From IMG/VR virus record IMGVR_UViG_3300036803_000075, positions 43,725 through 107,724 of that record: a stretch of DNA of 64,000 bases; one strand, written 5' to 3'. Numbering within the stretch: the first letter of the stretch is position 1; each line of letters opens with the position of its first letter. Source of the DNA: a virus. Taxonomy: Duplodnaviria; Caudoviricetes. A model generated the notes under the pieces. It was not told the DNA's origin. It ran no database searches and worked only from the letters and a program-made list of their open reading frames with translations. Positions 12,720-23,560 of the stretch are shown here, one piece after another. Both the position numbers and the translations under genes were made by a program.

Positions 12720-15700
12720 CTAAACCACGATACTGTCGGTGAGATAAACGGTGGAGGTCGTCGGCACCACGAAGGCCCCCGACAGGTAGAACGGTTTCGT
12801 CGGTGGAAGGGCCTCCACCTCGCGCAGGATGCCCTGAGCCAGCCACTGCCGGTACGCGAACCACCAGCTCTGCGGAATGGGCTTGTGCCAGGCCTTGAAG
12901 CGGGGATCCTGCTCGACCGGATTGAGCTGGTCCTGCGGTGTGACGTTGGGTCCCTGCGGCTGAATGGTCTCGGAGTGCGGAATGCCCCGGGTCAATGAGT
13001 CGTACCAGGGCCTGATAGTGATCGAGGAGACCGCCAGGCCCGGCCGGAATCCCTTCACCCGCCACATCAATGACCGGCCCACATCCGGGTTGGTGCTCGT
13101 AGACGTGGGAAAGATCAGCACGCCGTTGGGATCGTTCCGGATGTCAAAGGCCGGCCACCAGGAAGCGCCCGCGTCATTGGAGAACTCCCACCGGATAGGG
13201 TCCTCGAAGACCGCGATGTTGTCTACGTACCAGGTGTCCAACGAGGATCCCCGCTGGAGCAGCCGAGCGTAAACCGCACCCACATCGGTATTGGCCACAT
13301 TGTCGATCTGGTCCCAGGTTCCGGCCGCCTCCATCGCGGTCCAGGTCGGATATGTGGTTTCGATCTGATCCCAGGTGAACTCGACGACATCCGGAGGCAG
13401 CTCGCCGTACGTGTACCCGACGAACCATTCCGAGATCTGACCTGGCTGCGCTTCCACTTCCTGCTCGGCCAGCACCTGCCCGCCCGCGTCCACCACCTGA
13501 ACGAACAGCGGCTGAGTGAGGGCCTTGGGAGTGAATACCCGCGCGGCCACATACAGCCGGCCGGACTGCGATCCGGTGACGCCCTGATTGCTGGCGATGC
13601 CTCCTTCGGGCAGGCTCTGATTCCCCTGGCTCTCCAGGTCATCCCAGACCGGCTTGTAGGGGCTCGGGTCGTCCGCCTCGATGTCATCCCAGGATGCGTA
13701 CCGCAGCTCCAGGTTCGCCCAGAAGTTCTCCGAGACACCACGGGTGATCTGAACCGTAGAGCCGATATCCGTGGTGAAGTCAGTGCTGGACGTAATGGAG
13801 GCGTCACCGTAGGGCACCCACCGTGACAACGTCTGATCCACGAAGTCCGGGTCGGTGAGCAGCTGCACAGCCTCGGACTGCGTGGTGGCGAACTGAATTC
13901 CACGTACCCGCCGCAGAGATCGAAAGATCTGACTCTGCATGGCCGCTATATCCAGCTCCAGATACGGCGGCGTGGTCAGCCCACCCGGAGCAAAGTCCCA
14001 GACGATGCCATTGCTAGCCGCCGCCGCCGCCTGGTCCAGATGAGAGTTGTCGTGGAATACCTCGAGGTACTGATCCGTGTCATCGTCAGTGAGGTAATCC
14101 ACCCGGTACATCGCCAGACCCTTGAGCCCGGCGAAGTAGCCGACCTTGTTGGTGTTGGTGACCTCGACCGTCTCGTAGTAATGCTTCCCTGTCTGGGAAA
14201 ACCCAGGCGTCCAGGTCGTGGGCTGCCAGGTCTGGAAGTTGAGCAGATTGCTCTGCTGGGAGATTGTCGCGGCCACCGACGGGTTCGGTGCGTAGAGCGC
14301 CTGCGTGGGAGTATAGGTGGGATATTTATTTCCCGACAGGTCCGTGCTCAGGCGGGTGCTGTCCGCATAGGCGATAGTGGTGGCCGCATCCTTGTTGACC
14401 GTGACTCCGGAACCGCCAGTGTTGTTGCTGTAACTGGTCGTGCGCGGAACGGCGTTACTCATCACCTCTGAGGTGAATGTCCGCACGGTCCTGCTGATCG
14501 GCCGGGTACTGGTGTAGGGCTGCGGGTTCAAGTCGGTGAATTCGAACTTGAAGAACCGAGCCTTGACCGCGTCGAAGGCCATGATTCCCTTGTTGGCCTT
14601 GAAGTCCCGGTTGATCGGATGCCAGACCAGGTCTTCGTACTGCAGGCCGGGACCGCCGAGCATCCCGTAGGGATTGACGCTGCTCTCACCCTGTGTTTGG
14701 AAGCTCGGGTCATACCTCAACAGGGAGTTCATGGTCGTGCCGGTGTCGTCGCCCCAGTAGGTCGCCTTGGTGACATAGCCGGTGGGATCTGACACGTAGA
14801 GGTCCAGCTCGCCGTCCGGCAGCATGCTCTGCTTGATCACCAGACCTTTGAGCCGGTAATTGCCAGGAGCTGGCGTGACGTTGTCCGGAGACAGCGACGC
14901 GCCCAGCCGGATGGTCGAGGGCGGGGTGAGGTCTCCGGTGACGTTGGTGGAGATCTCCTGGCCGGCCGCCTGCATGATCAGCTGGCCATTCTGATACCCG
15001 AGCAGAATGGGAATCTGATCATTAAAAATGAAGCTCAAGGGCAGCGAGAGCACCGCCGCGCCCAGCCGGGCGTACAGAAGCCCTTGCGTTACCCAGATCG
15101 ATACTGAGCTGGAGTCCATCACCACATAGGTGGTGGCATCGCTCATCTCATACTGGGGCTGGAAAATCATCGCCAACCACCAGGGCTGGCGGGTATCCCA
15201 CTGGATCCTGGAGTTGTCCAGCTGGACGAACCCGACCGGAAGTGGGAACAGCAGCCCCTGGCTGTTCTGGGTCAGCGCGACACCCTGCCCCCGGCTGGCC
15301 GGAAAGGCGAGGACATCATCTGAAGCCTCGAAGGTACTCGGATCCGGAGTGTCATCGGACCAGTACAGGTTCAGGTGCGTCCCCGAGTAGAGCGGGTCGA
15401 TCTCAAAGCGATCAATGACCTGAGCCGCGCCCGAGGAGTCCCGCGCGTCCACATAGAAGTTGACCACCGCGTAATTGACCGGCTGGGCCTCCGACCTCCA
15501 GACGTACCCATTCAGGAGGTCCATGGCCCGGTTCTTCCGGATGGCGAACTCTACCGATGACCCCAGGATGTCAGTGCTGGAAGCGAAGGTCCCGTTCTCG
15601 GTAACGATGTTGCCGTCCCGAGGCGTACGCGGGACATCGGTCAGGACATCAGCTCGATACCCGCACAGGAATCCCCGGACCCCCAGCGAGTACTGAAAGG

Positions 15701-16274
15701 CCACCCCAGTGGAGTCGCGGGGGAACTTGTCCGACCGGACTCGCTGAAGGCACAATCGGATCTGGCTGGTGGTGACCGCTTGGCAGCGCACCTCAAAGGC
15801 CAGCCAGTGTCCGGCGCCGTAATGCTGGGGGTGCTCTCCAGGCTTGAGGTCATTTGCTGGCAGCAAAGTACTGGGCATCGAGTCGGTGATCCAGATCAGA
15901 CTCGGATGCGTCGCTGGATTCCGGGTAGTGGAGTCCGACAGGTACTCCATGCATGGCTTCCACGACTTCGTCTTGGAGTCCCACCATTCCGTCCACACAC
16001 GGTGGGGAAAGTGAGCCAGCTCGAAGGCGATGATGTTGATCGGCTTAGGGGTCGACAGGTTCACCTGGAAGATCTCCAGGGTGCCGTCCTCCTGCCAGCG
16101 CCGGCTGGAGGCCCAGAAGCGAAAGTCGCTGGAGGCCCGCTGGTCGATCGGAGTCTCATTGACTCGAATGGCATCAGCCAGAATCTCCACCGGCATGCCA
16201 TCGACGTAAACCGGCGCGACCGCACTCTGGGTCCAGGACCCGGGAGGCTGGAAGGTCGAAGAGGGAGTCGTCAC
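12720..16274 (-). CDS. Large baseplate/minor tail protein
   Basis: 1184 aa, downstream of baseplate genes, beta-rich, with WDxxE repeats. Confidence 0.65.
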   Translation of the reverse strand: MTTPSSTFQPPGSWTQSAVAPVYVDGMPVEILADAIRVNETPIDQRASSDFRFWASSRRWQEDGTLEIFQVNLSTPKPINIIAFELAHFPHRVWTEWWDSKTKSWKPCMEYLSDSTTRNPATHPSLIWITDSMPSTLLPANDLKPGEHPQHYGAGHWLAFEVRCQAVTTSQIRLCLQRVRSDKFPRDSTGVAFQYSLGVRGFLCGYRADVLTDVPRTPRDGNIVTENGTFASSTDILGSSVEFAIRKNRAMDLLNGYVWRSEAQPVNYAVVNFYVDARDSSGAAQVIDRFEIDPLYSGTHLNLYWSDDTPDPSTFEASDDVLAFPASRGQGVALTQNSQGLLFPLPVGFVQLDNSRIQWDTRQPWWLAMIFQPQYEMSDATTYVVMDSSSVSIWVTQGLLYARLGAAVLSLPLSFIFNDQIPILLGYQNGQLIMQAAGQEISTNVTGDLTPPSTIRLGASLSPDNVTPAPGNYRLKGLVIKQSMLPDGELDLYVSDPTGYVTKATYWGDDTGTTMNSLLRYDPSFQTQGESSVNPYGMLGGPGLQYEDLVWHPINRDFKANKGIMAFDAVKARFFKFEFTDLNPQPYTSTRPISRTVRTFTSEVMSNAVPRTTSYSNNTGGSGVTVNKDAATTIAYADSTRLSTDLSGNKYPTYTPTQALYAPNPSVAATISQQSNLLNFQTWQPTTWTPGFSQTGKHYYETVEVTNTNKVGYFAGLKGLAMYRVDYLTDDDTDQYLEVFHDNSHLDQAAAAASNGIVWDFAPGGLTTPPYLELDIAAMQSQIFRSLRRVRGIQFATTQSEAVQLLTDPDFVDQTLSRWVPYGDASITSSTDFTTDIGSTVQITRGVSENFWANLELRYASWDDIEADDPSPYKPVWDDLESQGNQSLPEGGIASNQGVTGSQSGRLYVAARVFTPKALTQPLFVQVVDAGGQVLAEQEVEAQPGQISEWFVGYTYGELPPDVVEFTWDQIETTYPTWTAMEAAGTWDQIDNVANTDVGAVYARLLQRGSSLDTWYVDNIAVFEDPIRWEFSNDAGASWWPAFDIRNDPNGVLIFPTSTSTNPDVGRSLMWRVKGFRPGLAVSSITIRPWYDSLTRGIPHSETIQPQGPNVTPQDQLNPVEQDPRFKAWHKPIPQSWWFAYRQWLAQGILREVEALPPTKPFYLSGAFVVPTTSTVYLTDSIVV

Positions 16275-17566
16275 GTAGCGCTCACCGCCGGCTGCCGATT
16301 ACCGACGTATGGCGCCGCCACCAAAATGCCGTCCGAGGCGTAACGGACCGCAGCCGCCTGCTTGGCATCCATTACACCTTTATCGGGGGTATAGACAGTC
16401 CGGGTGCCATTGGCCGCGACAGCGATGTCATTGGAGCTGGTCGCCTGCGGATACCAGACCCCCAAAGAGCCGTCCGCCGGCCAGTGAGCGTCACGTAGAG
16501 CCGATGCGGACCGTACTGAGGTGATGTTCTGGTTGTAGGTCCAGGACGTGCCCTGGGAGCCACTCAGAGGCGGCGTGGGGGTCGCCTGGCCTGAGACTCC
16601 GGTGTAGGGAGACCCGGTCAGCCCCGGCGCCGGCTTGATCTTGGTGACGACCTCCCAGTACTCCGAGTCAGCCTCTACCGAAGCGATGGGCACCGCCACA
16701 TGCATCGGTACGCCGTCAGAGTTGACTGTCAGCAAGGCGCCGGCAGGCTTGAGCACCGAAAGCACCCGAACGACAGCGATCTCATCCTCTACCCGCAAAG
16801 CCTGCTCGTCCGTGCCGTACGTCTTCTTCGGCCGGATGATCACCTCGCCTCGGGTATCCGAGCCCGACCGGCCGTACTGAACCGCGCCCTCAATGGACTG
16901 CCAGGTGGAATTCTCCATCGGGTCCCAGGTGGCGAAGGTCGCCTCCATGTCATCCCAGGTACGCCCAGCACCCGGTGAGGCGCCCGTGGAGTCCAGCAGC
17001 GCCCAGGTCTCATAGATCTCACAGGGCACACCGGTCAGAGCCTCAGCGGCTGCCCTGAGGCCGGGGATGGTGGCACCCAGCGTGATGGCCTTGGCCAGCG
17101 CTATGAGTCGCTCGCGGTAACGGGCATCTGAGGCCGCCACCGCGTCCCAGCTGTCCGGCGTGGCCAGATCCGTCAGAGGGTCGACATCGAGAGTCTCATC
17201 CGACCGACGCTGAGCGCCGAACAGTGCTCCATAGAACCGGTCCAGGTCATAAAAATGAGTGCCGGACAGAATCGATTGGAACTGGCTCTGCATGTACCGC
17301 TTGCGAAGCTGGCCGACCCCAGAATCTCCGGAGAGTGCTTTGATAAACCGCACCAGGTGACTGGTCGGTCGCAGGTCGTACAGCTCGTCCGGCATGTGCC
17401 GCAGTCGGTACTGCAGCGACGTGTCCGGCAGGATCATGCCCGTCGCGGTGGACAGCCCAGATACGTTCGGACTGGACGTAGAGGTCTGCTGCGGCAGGAT
17501 GCCGGTGGTGTTCTTGTCGCTCGTATCAAAAATTGACTGGCTCTGGTGCACTACATCGACTGCCAT
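16271..17566 (-). CDS. Baseplate wedge protein (P2 gpI-like position)
   Basis: Follows baseplate J; DARYRERL..GATIPGLRAAAEALTG and VLKPAG motifs. Confidence 0.65.
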   Translation of the reverse strand: MAVDVVHQSQSIFDTSDKNTTGILPQQTSTSSPNVSGLSTATGMILPDTSLQYRLRHMPDELYDLRPTSHLVRFIKALSGDSGVGQLRKRYMQSQFQSILSGTHFYDLDRFYGALFGAQRRSDETLDVDPLTDLATPDSWDAVAASDARYRERLIALAKAITLGATIPGLRAAAEALTGVPCEIYETWALLDSTGASPGAGRTWDDMEATFATWDPMENSTWQSIEGAVQYGRSGSDTRGEVIIRPKKTYGTDEQALRVEDEIAVVRVLSVLKPAGALLTVNSDGVPMHVAVPIASVEADSEYWEVVTKIKPAPGLTGSPYTGVSGQATPTPPLSGSQGTSWTYNQNITSVRSASALRDAHWPADGSLGVWYPQATSSNDIAVAANGTRTVYTPDKGVMDAKQAAAVRYASDGILVAAPYVGNRQPAVSAT

Positions 17567-17577
17567 TTCTCCACCTC

Positions 17578-19413
17578 CTAGTTGTTGAACGTATTCTGGG
17601 CCTTGGCTACCTTGACCGCGCTGTTGAAGATCGGTAGCTCGTTATCACCGAACAGCACGTCCTTGGCGTACCCGCCCGGTGAGTCCACATAGGAGTTGAC
17701 GACCGCGCCGGCCACCACCTGCTGAATGCCCACGGCGTACGCGTTGGGAGTAGCCGGGTTGTAACCGCTGTAGTCCGAGCCATGGAGGAACCGCACCGCG
17801 TCCACTCCGGACACGTTGTGGACGGCCTGAATCACATCGGACACCTGGACTACCGAGTCGAATCCGACCTTGGACAGGTAGGACGCCAGGGCGTCGTCGA
17901 TACTGGCGTTGACGACCGTCTGGCTGGCCGAGCGATCATAAATAATCGCGAAGGAGAAGCGGAGACCGAAGGCCTTGGCCTGATGTGCTTTCGCATCGAC
18001 TCCAGCCAGCCGCCATTTGTCGATGGAGTCCTGGATCGAGGCGATGAGCTGGTTGTAGGTGTAATCCTCACTGAGCGCGAAGACCGAGTTGTTCGGCGGC
18101 AGGTAGCCGCTCGCCACCGACCATTCGACGCCGAAGAGACCATCGGCTGTATAGCCGGTCGCACTGTCGTCATGAACGATCTGATACGCGTACTTGGTCG
18201 AGCCGACCGTGGTGCCCATAGGGTTGGCTGCTGTAGCCAGGGCATAGGTGACACCACCGATGACGATCGTGGCCGGAATCGTAATGATGGGACCAAAAGC
18301 CAACGGCACGAAGACATTCCCGGAGACCGGATGAGTGCCATCCGGACGTACGTACTTGCCGGTGTAGAACTTCGAGCTGGTGGAGTTGGTGAACACCACG
18401 CTGGTATTGAAGACCACCGACTGGCTAGCCTCTACCGCCCGAGCGCCACCAACCCATACGTCCACCCGGTTGGTGATTCCGTTGAGGGGGTCATTACGGG
18501 AGGCCTGGGGGCTGTACTCGAAGTCCAGATCCACCAGGGTCCCGTTGGGCATCGCGGTGGCGTTCAGGACATTCACCACGGGCGGGACCGAGGTCGTCCA
18601 GGACCAGTCGAAGTCCCGGAGGAAAACGACGCCGTTGTCAATGTCCGGCCCCACCGCGACCGGGGAGTCGTAAATAAAGACCGCGTCCTGCACCTGGCTG
18701 GTGGCCGCGCCGGAAGAGATCTGGATCTGCTCTCGGCGGCGCTTAGAGGCACCCAGGACGACCGCAGACGTGCAGTCGGGGTCATCCAGCGCGACTCCGG
18801 TGTACATCTGCTCAGTGCCCGCCATAGAGCGAAAGACGGTCCTTTTAAACCGGTCCCTCAGCTCGGTGTCAGTCTCCTGGCCGACGCCACCGGTAATCGG
18901 GTCGATATTGGTGACAGTCCCAATGCCCTCGATGGGGGTGGCGATAACCGTCAAGGTGTTCGCGGCCAGATTGCTGTTCGGGCCGGCGTCAATGGCCTGT
19001 ACGGGCACCGTGACCGAGGTAATGCCCGGCAGCATGATGGCCGGAGTGACCGTCTGTACCGACACGGCCGGATCCACATCGGTCGTGCGGACCTCGGTGT
19101 TCACCGGCACCAGCGCGGTGGTGGTCAGCGAGGCGCCCATCGTACGAGTGAAGACGACCGTACCGGTGGCCCGCTTGGCAGCCAGTCGGGCGAGCCCGAA
19201 GAGTTGGCAAAAGCTGTCCAGATCCGCGTCGGACTTGGAATCGACATCGTACTGATACGTCAGCAGATGCTGTTCGTAATAGGCCTCGGAGATCTGTTCG
19301 GCTACCGCGTCGATGATCTTGCGAGTGGGCGAGCCGATCGAGGTGTCCAGCTCTGGGTCAGTGATAGCCAGCTCGGAGCGAATCCGAGAGGCGACAACAT
19401 CAGCTGAGATCAC
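17578..19413 (-). CDS. Baseplate J-like protein
   Basis: DLDSFCQLFGLARLAAKRATGTVVF and ITGGVGQETDTELRDRF signature segments. Confidence 0.88.
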   Translation of the reverse strand: MISADVVASRIRSELAITDPELDTSIGSPTRKIIDAVAEQISEAYYEQHLLTYQYDVDSKSDADLDSFCQLFGLARLAAKRATGTVVFTRTMGASLTTTALVPVNTEVRTTDVDPAVSVQTVTPAIMLPGITSVTVPVQAIDAGPNSNLAANTLTVIATPIEGIGTVTNIDPITGGVGQETDTELRDRFKRTVFRSMAGTEQMYTGVALDDPDCTSAVVLGASKRRREQIQISSGAATSQVQDAVFIYDSPVAVGPDIDNGVVFLRDFDWSWTTSVPPVVNVLNATAMPNGTLVDLDFEYSPQASRNDPLNGITNRVDVWVGGARAVEASQSVVFNTSVVFTNSTSSKFYTGKYVRPDGTHPVSGNVFVPLAFGPIITIPATIVIGGVTYALATAANPMGTTVGSTKYAYQIVHDDSATGYTADGLFGVEWSVASGYLPPNNSVFALSEDYTYNQLIASIQDSIDKWRLAGVDAKAHQAKAFGLRFSFAIIYDRSASQTVVNASIDDALASYLSKVGFDSVVQVSDVIQAVHNVSGVDAVRFLHGSDYSGYNPATPNAYAVGIQQVVAGAVVNSYVDSPGGYAKDVLFGDNELPIFNSAVKVAKAQNTFNN

Positions 19414-19414
19414 G

Positions 19415-19843
19415 TCAGACCGCCACGGTGCGCGAGAGGGTAACGGTCTGATTCGCCTGGGTAGTCAAGCTCACCTTGACGTAGATGGTATCCACTCCCA
19501 GAGTGGCATCTACACCGTTGACCTGCTTCACCACGTCGGTCGTGTCATACCGGCTCATGCTGGAGGACAGTGCGTCCTTCTGGATCTCAGCGGCCTGGCC
19601 GTCTACATAGGCCTGGATCACCCGTGCGGCTTCAGAGATCACCAAGGACTGCAGCTCCGGCCCCACCTGTTCGCCGATGTAGTTGGGAAGCAGCGATCCC
19701 CACTCAGGATGGAAGCGATCGTCGGAGTAAGGCTCTCCCAAGGCCAAGGCAAGATCCTGACGGATCTTCTTGGTACCGGAGATCGTGGCGTGGCCAGCGG
19801 GCCCAACCACGAGGTCGCCGTTCTTTAGGGCCAGCGTTTTCAC
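19415..19843 (-). CDS. gp25/gpW-like baseplate (sheath initiator) protein
   Basis: KIRQDLALALGEP...FHPEWGSLL; lies just upstream of baseplate J. Confidence 0.78.
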   Translation of the reverse strand: MKTLALKNGDLVVGPAGHATISGTKKIRQDLALALGEPYSDDRFHPEWGSLLPNYIGEQVGPELQSLVISEAARVIQAYVDGQAAEIQKDALSSSMSRYDTTDVVKQVNGVDATLGVDTIYVKVSLTTQANQTVTLSRTVAV

Positions 19844-19851
19844 CGCACCTC

Positions 19852-19888
19852 CTCTACCTCTTCGATGCCCTCACGAATGAGCGGACAG
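19852..19888 (-). promoter_or_regulatory. Putative late promoter copy (CTGTCC-N19-GAAGAGGTAGAG)
   Basis: Matches the bipartite motif; intergenic. Confidence 0.65.
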
Positions 19889-19890
19889 GT

Positions 19891-20244
19891 CTACGCCGTC
19901 GTACCGTCTAGAACGATGCCCTGGCTCACCAGGGCCGCCAGCAGGGACAATGTCACCGGGTCCGCAGCCGCTCGGGAGCCGGTCACCTCAGGAGGCGGTA
20001 CGGCACTCAAGATCGCCTCAAAGGTCCAGCCGCCCATGATCGACTTGGCGATAATCCAGTGCTCACCTTCTCGCGGCCAGCTGGCCAGGTTGCGCCGGAC
20101 GCTCATCGGAACCTGGGTCTCCTGGTTGAACTCATCTCGGCACAGCGCGATGCCAGTAGTCGGGTTCACCTGTTCGACCTTGACCTGCTTGGAGAAGATC
20201 CCCACCGAGGCGGTGCTGGCCCCTACAACTTGCACAGATCCCAT
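19891..20244 (-). CDS. Small baseplate protein (possible spike OB-fold)
   Basis: Follows the hub gene; WPREGEHWII motif. Confidence 0.5.
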   Translation of the reverse strand: MGSVQVVGASTASVGIFSKQVKVEQVNPTTGIALCRDEFNQETQVPMSVRRNLASWPREGEHWIIAKSIMGGWTFEAILSAVPPPEVTGSRAAADPVTLSLLAALVSQGIVLDGTTA

Positions 20245-20250
20245 GGCCTC

Positions 20251-22944
20251 TTACCCCTTTGTCTTCGACGGCTCAGTGGTCGACTGGATGACCTTGGCGA
20301 TATCCACCACGTAATCCGCCGTCGAATCTCCCGTCACGGTCGGTGCGTAGCCACCTGCCATCGGCAGGCCGATCAGCACGTTGTTCTTGTCCGTCTTGGA
20401 CTTGGGCAGCCGGGCGGGAGCCGCGATGTTCGCCGACGTAGTGAAGCTTCCGCCATCTCCGAAGCGGAAGTTGTGCGTCACGGTGGTGACGTACGCCTGG
20501 AAGTCAAAATCGGGGATCTGGATGAGCATCCCCGGAAACAGCTCCGGCATAAACGTCATGGGGACGTTTGCGTTGTACTGGTAGGCCCAGTTCTGCATGA
20601 ACTTGTAGAGCGCATAGAAAAATCCCGCTCGTAGCCCCTGCAGATGATTGGCCTGGTCCAGATTGGGCCGAGCGCCGAAGCGCTTCAGGACCCAGTGGCT
20701 GAAGTTCGAGGCCGCCTGCGCGGTGGTGCTGACACCCAACAGCGCGTACAACACCGAGGGGATCTCCACTGTCACAATGCCCATCGTGGTAGCCGCCGCC
20801 AGCGGAATGGAACTTCCTGTGACGTTTCCGGTAGCAAGATCTACCTGTGGAGGAGCCTGATCCGGGCCGGCCGTCGCGTACTGATGGGTGACCAGATAGT
20901 CGTCCGACCAGGTGACAGTGAAGTTCTGCAGCTCGACCGGCTCCAGCACCATCACGGCGGCCGTGCCCCAGAGCCCGTAATAGTCGGGGAACCAGGCGAT
21001 CAGATCACCATTGGGAGCACTGCAGAACGAGCGCATGGTCGAGGTCAGCAGAGTTTTGAGATAGGGCAGCAAAGGCTGGTCATTCAGAAGAGCGCGAACA
21101 CCACTGAGCGAGTTGGCCAGGATGGCGTCCGGATCCGAAGAGGAAGATGGAGTGGCAACCCAGGGCAGAGAACCGAACAGGGAATCGAACCTGTCGTTGG
21201 GGTCGTACTGCGGCGACTGGTCGTAAGTCGACACCTGGTATCCCGGGTTGATCACACCCGCGCCGTTAGACAGACCGTCGATGGATCCACCAGTAATCGC
21301 TCCGGACGGGATGACGTTCGGCAGGATGCATGCCGCGTTCCAGTAGCTCTGTGAGGTGGTGGCATTTCCGTTACGGATACCTGTGCCGTGCGACCCTGTG
21401 GTGGTCTTGTTATCTCCCACTGTCAGCTCGACGTGCTCTCCCAGAACGAACACACAAGCGCCTGGGATTTTATAAGCTTCGGCCACCGAGATCTTCTTGC
21501 CACCGTTGGCGATCGCCCAGTAGTACTGAGCCGTCGCTGTCCTGGGAATGTCCGACTTCCCCGTGGTGTGGTAGTAGCACCATTTGATGAACAGCGAGCA
21601 GTCCAGCGCTGTCGGGTTGTTCGTCTTGTAATCCTGGGCGGCCTGGCTGTAAGCGATATTAGGGTGTGCTGCCCAAAGTGCCTGACCGACCGCCAGCAGG
21701 TCTGCTGTGGTCTTGCCTTTGGGGGCTGTACCTGCGGCCGATGCAGCCGTAGCCGGACCGTTCACACGCTTGCCCGTCAGCGGGTCGATGTGAGTGGTCT
21801 GGGCAATGGACTGAGTAGACGCGGATGGTGCGCTGACCTGACTTTTGGACATGGCCGCCACTGCCGCCACTGCCATTGGCCAGTACCTCGTATAGCGAGA
21901 GACCAGGTCCGACCGATACACCTGGATCTTGAGCGACATGGCGCCCGGATCGACCGTTTGCCTGGCAGCAGTGTTGGGGTACTTCCCTTTCATAGCCCGG
22001 AAGAAGATCCGAGCTGAGGTAAGCGGGTTCATCCGCTCAGCCAGTGAGCCCCAACCGGATCGCTGTTGGAAGATGCCCCGGGAGTCCGGGCCGGCCGCAT
22101 CTCCAGAGCTGGTGTTGTGCAAGCTCGATTCCTGTCGAGCGGTCATAATGCCTACCGCGATGTCTCGGAGGGTCATTCCCTCCATGACGCCGGCCTGATA
22201 GATCTGCTCACAGATCGTGCATTGATCACCCGAGATCGAATAGCCGCCGTACGTCCCAGCCGGCAGCCGAACGCTGGTACCCGACGCAGCGCCCCCTAGC
22301 GAGTCTGTGGAAGACCCCGCGACCTGACCGCCACCCCCGAGCTTGGTGTAGTACTGCGCGGCCAGCTGATTGGCTGTGGCAGCCAGGCCGTCCACCGAGG
22401 TGGCGATCTGGAAGGCGATGTCGAACCAGCTCTTGGGAATCTGGCTGATGTGCACTTTGGACTCCGGCCACCCGACGACCTCACGCAGAATGGCCAGCAC
22501 CACGTTGGTGATGTTGCCGTCGTCGGTAGCGGACTGGCCGGCATTGGGACCGGTCTGCACACGGGCGTTCAGAGCCTTCTGGATCAGGTTCTGGGTGTAG
22601 GTGACGTAGGAGTCCCAATACCAGTACTGAAGCCGTTTGAGAGCGCATGAGGCGGTAATGGGGACCGCCTGGGGCCACGCTGTGGCCAGCGGTACCGAGT
22701 TGAGATACCCAGTGAAGGTTCGCAGCCAGGTCAGCCGCTTCATCACTACCGCGATGCGGTCGTTCGGAGCAAAGACCCCGTCGTACTTCCGCCGAGTGTT
22801 CTGCAACGTGAAAGAGAACGAGGAGACCCCGTCCGAACGCAACTCCATGGACCCCTCGACGAGGTCATCGGATACGTCCAACGTCCCGTTGTTCTCGGTA
22901 GAGATATAAACCTTGATACCTGGTTGATACACAAACGTGCCCAA
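20251..22944 (-). CDS. Baseplate hub fused to peptidoglycan hydrolase domains (lysozyme-like plus NlpC/P60)
   Basis: TARQESSL..DSRGIFQQR..WG (lysozyme-like); LDCSLFIKW..HVEL (NlpC/P60 Cys-His); C-terminal FMPELFPGMLI hub segment. Confidence 0.75.
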   Translation of the reverse strand: MGTFVYQPGIKVYISTENNGTLDVSDDLVEGSMELRSDGVSSFSFTLQNTRRKYDGVFAPNDRIAVVMKRLTWLRTFTGYLNSVPLATAWPQAVPITASCALKRLQYWYWDSYVTYTQNLIQKALNARVQTGPNAGQSATDDGNITNVVLAILREVVGWPESKVHISQIPKSWFDIAFQIATSVDGLAATANQLAAQYYTKLGGGGQVAGSSTDSLGGAASGTSVRLPAGTYGGYSISGDQCTICEQIYQAGVMEGMTLRDIAVGIMTARQESSLHNTSSGDAAGPDSRGIFQQRSGWGSLAERMNPLTSARIFFRAMKGKYPNTAARQTVDPGAMSLKIQVYRSDLVSRYTRYWPMAVAAVAAMSKSQVSAPSASTQSIAQTTHIDPLTGKRVNGPATAASAAGTAPKGKTTADLLAVGQALWAAHPNIAYSQAAQDYKTNNPTALDCSLFIKWCYYHTTGKSDIPRTATAQYYWAIANGGKKISVAEAYKIPGACVFVLGEHVELTVGDNKTTTGSHGTGIRNGNATTSQSYWNAACILPNVIPSGAITGGSIDGLSNGAGVINPGYQVSTYDQSPQYDPNDRFDSLFGSLPWVATPSSSSDPDAILANSLSGVRALLNDQPLLPYLKTLLTSTMRSFCSAPNGDLIAWFPDYYGLWGTAAVMVLEPVELQNFTVTWSDDYLVTHQYATAGPDQAPPQVDLATGNVTGSSIPLAAATTMGIVTVEIPSVLYALLGVSTTAQAASNFSHWVLKRFGARPNLDQANHLQGLRAGFFYALYKFMQNWAYQYNANVPMTFMPELFPGMLIQIPDFDFQAYVTTVTHNFRFGDGGSFTTSANIAAPARLPKSKTDKNNVLIGLPMAGGYAPTVTGDSTADYVVDIAKVIQSTTEPSKTKG

Positions 22945-22948
22945 TGTC

Positions 22949-23560
22949 CTAATTCCCTCCGATAGGCGCGGTCACCGGAGAGGTGTCCGACGCGTACTGG
23001 ACCGTCGTATAGCTGCCCGACGGAGGTGTGTCCTCACCAGAGAGTTGCGTACCGGACGGATAGAAGTACTGCACGTCCTTGGCCACGTCGGCCGATACGT
23101 TCAAGGTGAACTTGCTCGGGCTGTAAGCGTCTGGGTCTGCCGGATCCTGCAGAGAGACAAACATCAACATCTGCTGGAAGAGCATCGATCCCACATGATC
23201 TCCGAACTCGATGCCCTGAGTGACAATCCCCTTACGAGTGAAGTTTCGGCTCGGCACTGACACAGCCATAAAAATGTCTGCCGTAGTCGTCAGACCAGGA
23301 TCCAGAATCCAGGCAGCGTATGTGGCCAACCACGAATTCAGATGGTTGTACTCCGCCGCACCCTTGGTGGCCACCAGCAACCCAAAAGGATTCGGAGCCA
23401 GCCGGTGCGGGTAGTAAGCCTTCCTCGTCCGGGCCTGGGATTCCTCGGCCAACATGGAAAAGCCATGAGAGACACCCAGTGCCCGAAGCCTGTAGCCGTA
23501 CGTGTTGCCGTTACGACTAAAGGTGAGGGTGCAGTTGAGGCCCTGACGTGTCTCCGGCAT
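22949..23560 (-). CDS. Tail/baseplate protein
   Basis: Translationally coupled within the tail operon. Confidence 0.55.
   Translation of the reverse strand: MPETRQGLNCTLTFSRNGNTYGYRLRALGVSHGFSMLAEESQARTRKAYYPHRLAPNPFGLLVATKGAAEYNHLNSWLATYAAWILDPGLTTTADIFMAVSVPSRNFTRKGIVTQGIEFGDHVGSMLFQQMLMFVSLQDPADPDAYSPSKFTLNVSADVAKDVQYFYPSGTQLSGEDTPPSGSYTTVQYASDTSPVTAPIGGN

Noticed and set aside
17782-19407. Long plus-strand ORFs antisense to structural genes (also 10590-11750, 24395-25321, 32966-34249, 57262-58443)
   Set aside because: These are typical antisense shadow ORFs of high-GC coding sequence. The minus-strand frames carry the recognisable motifs and RBSs.
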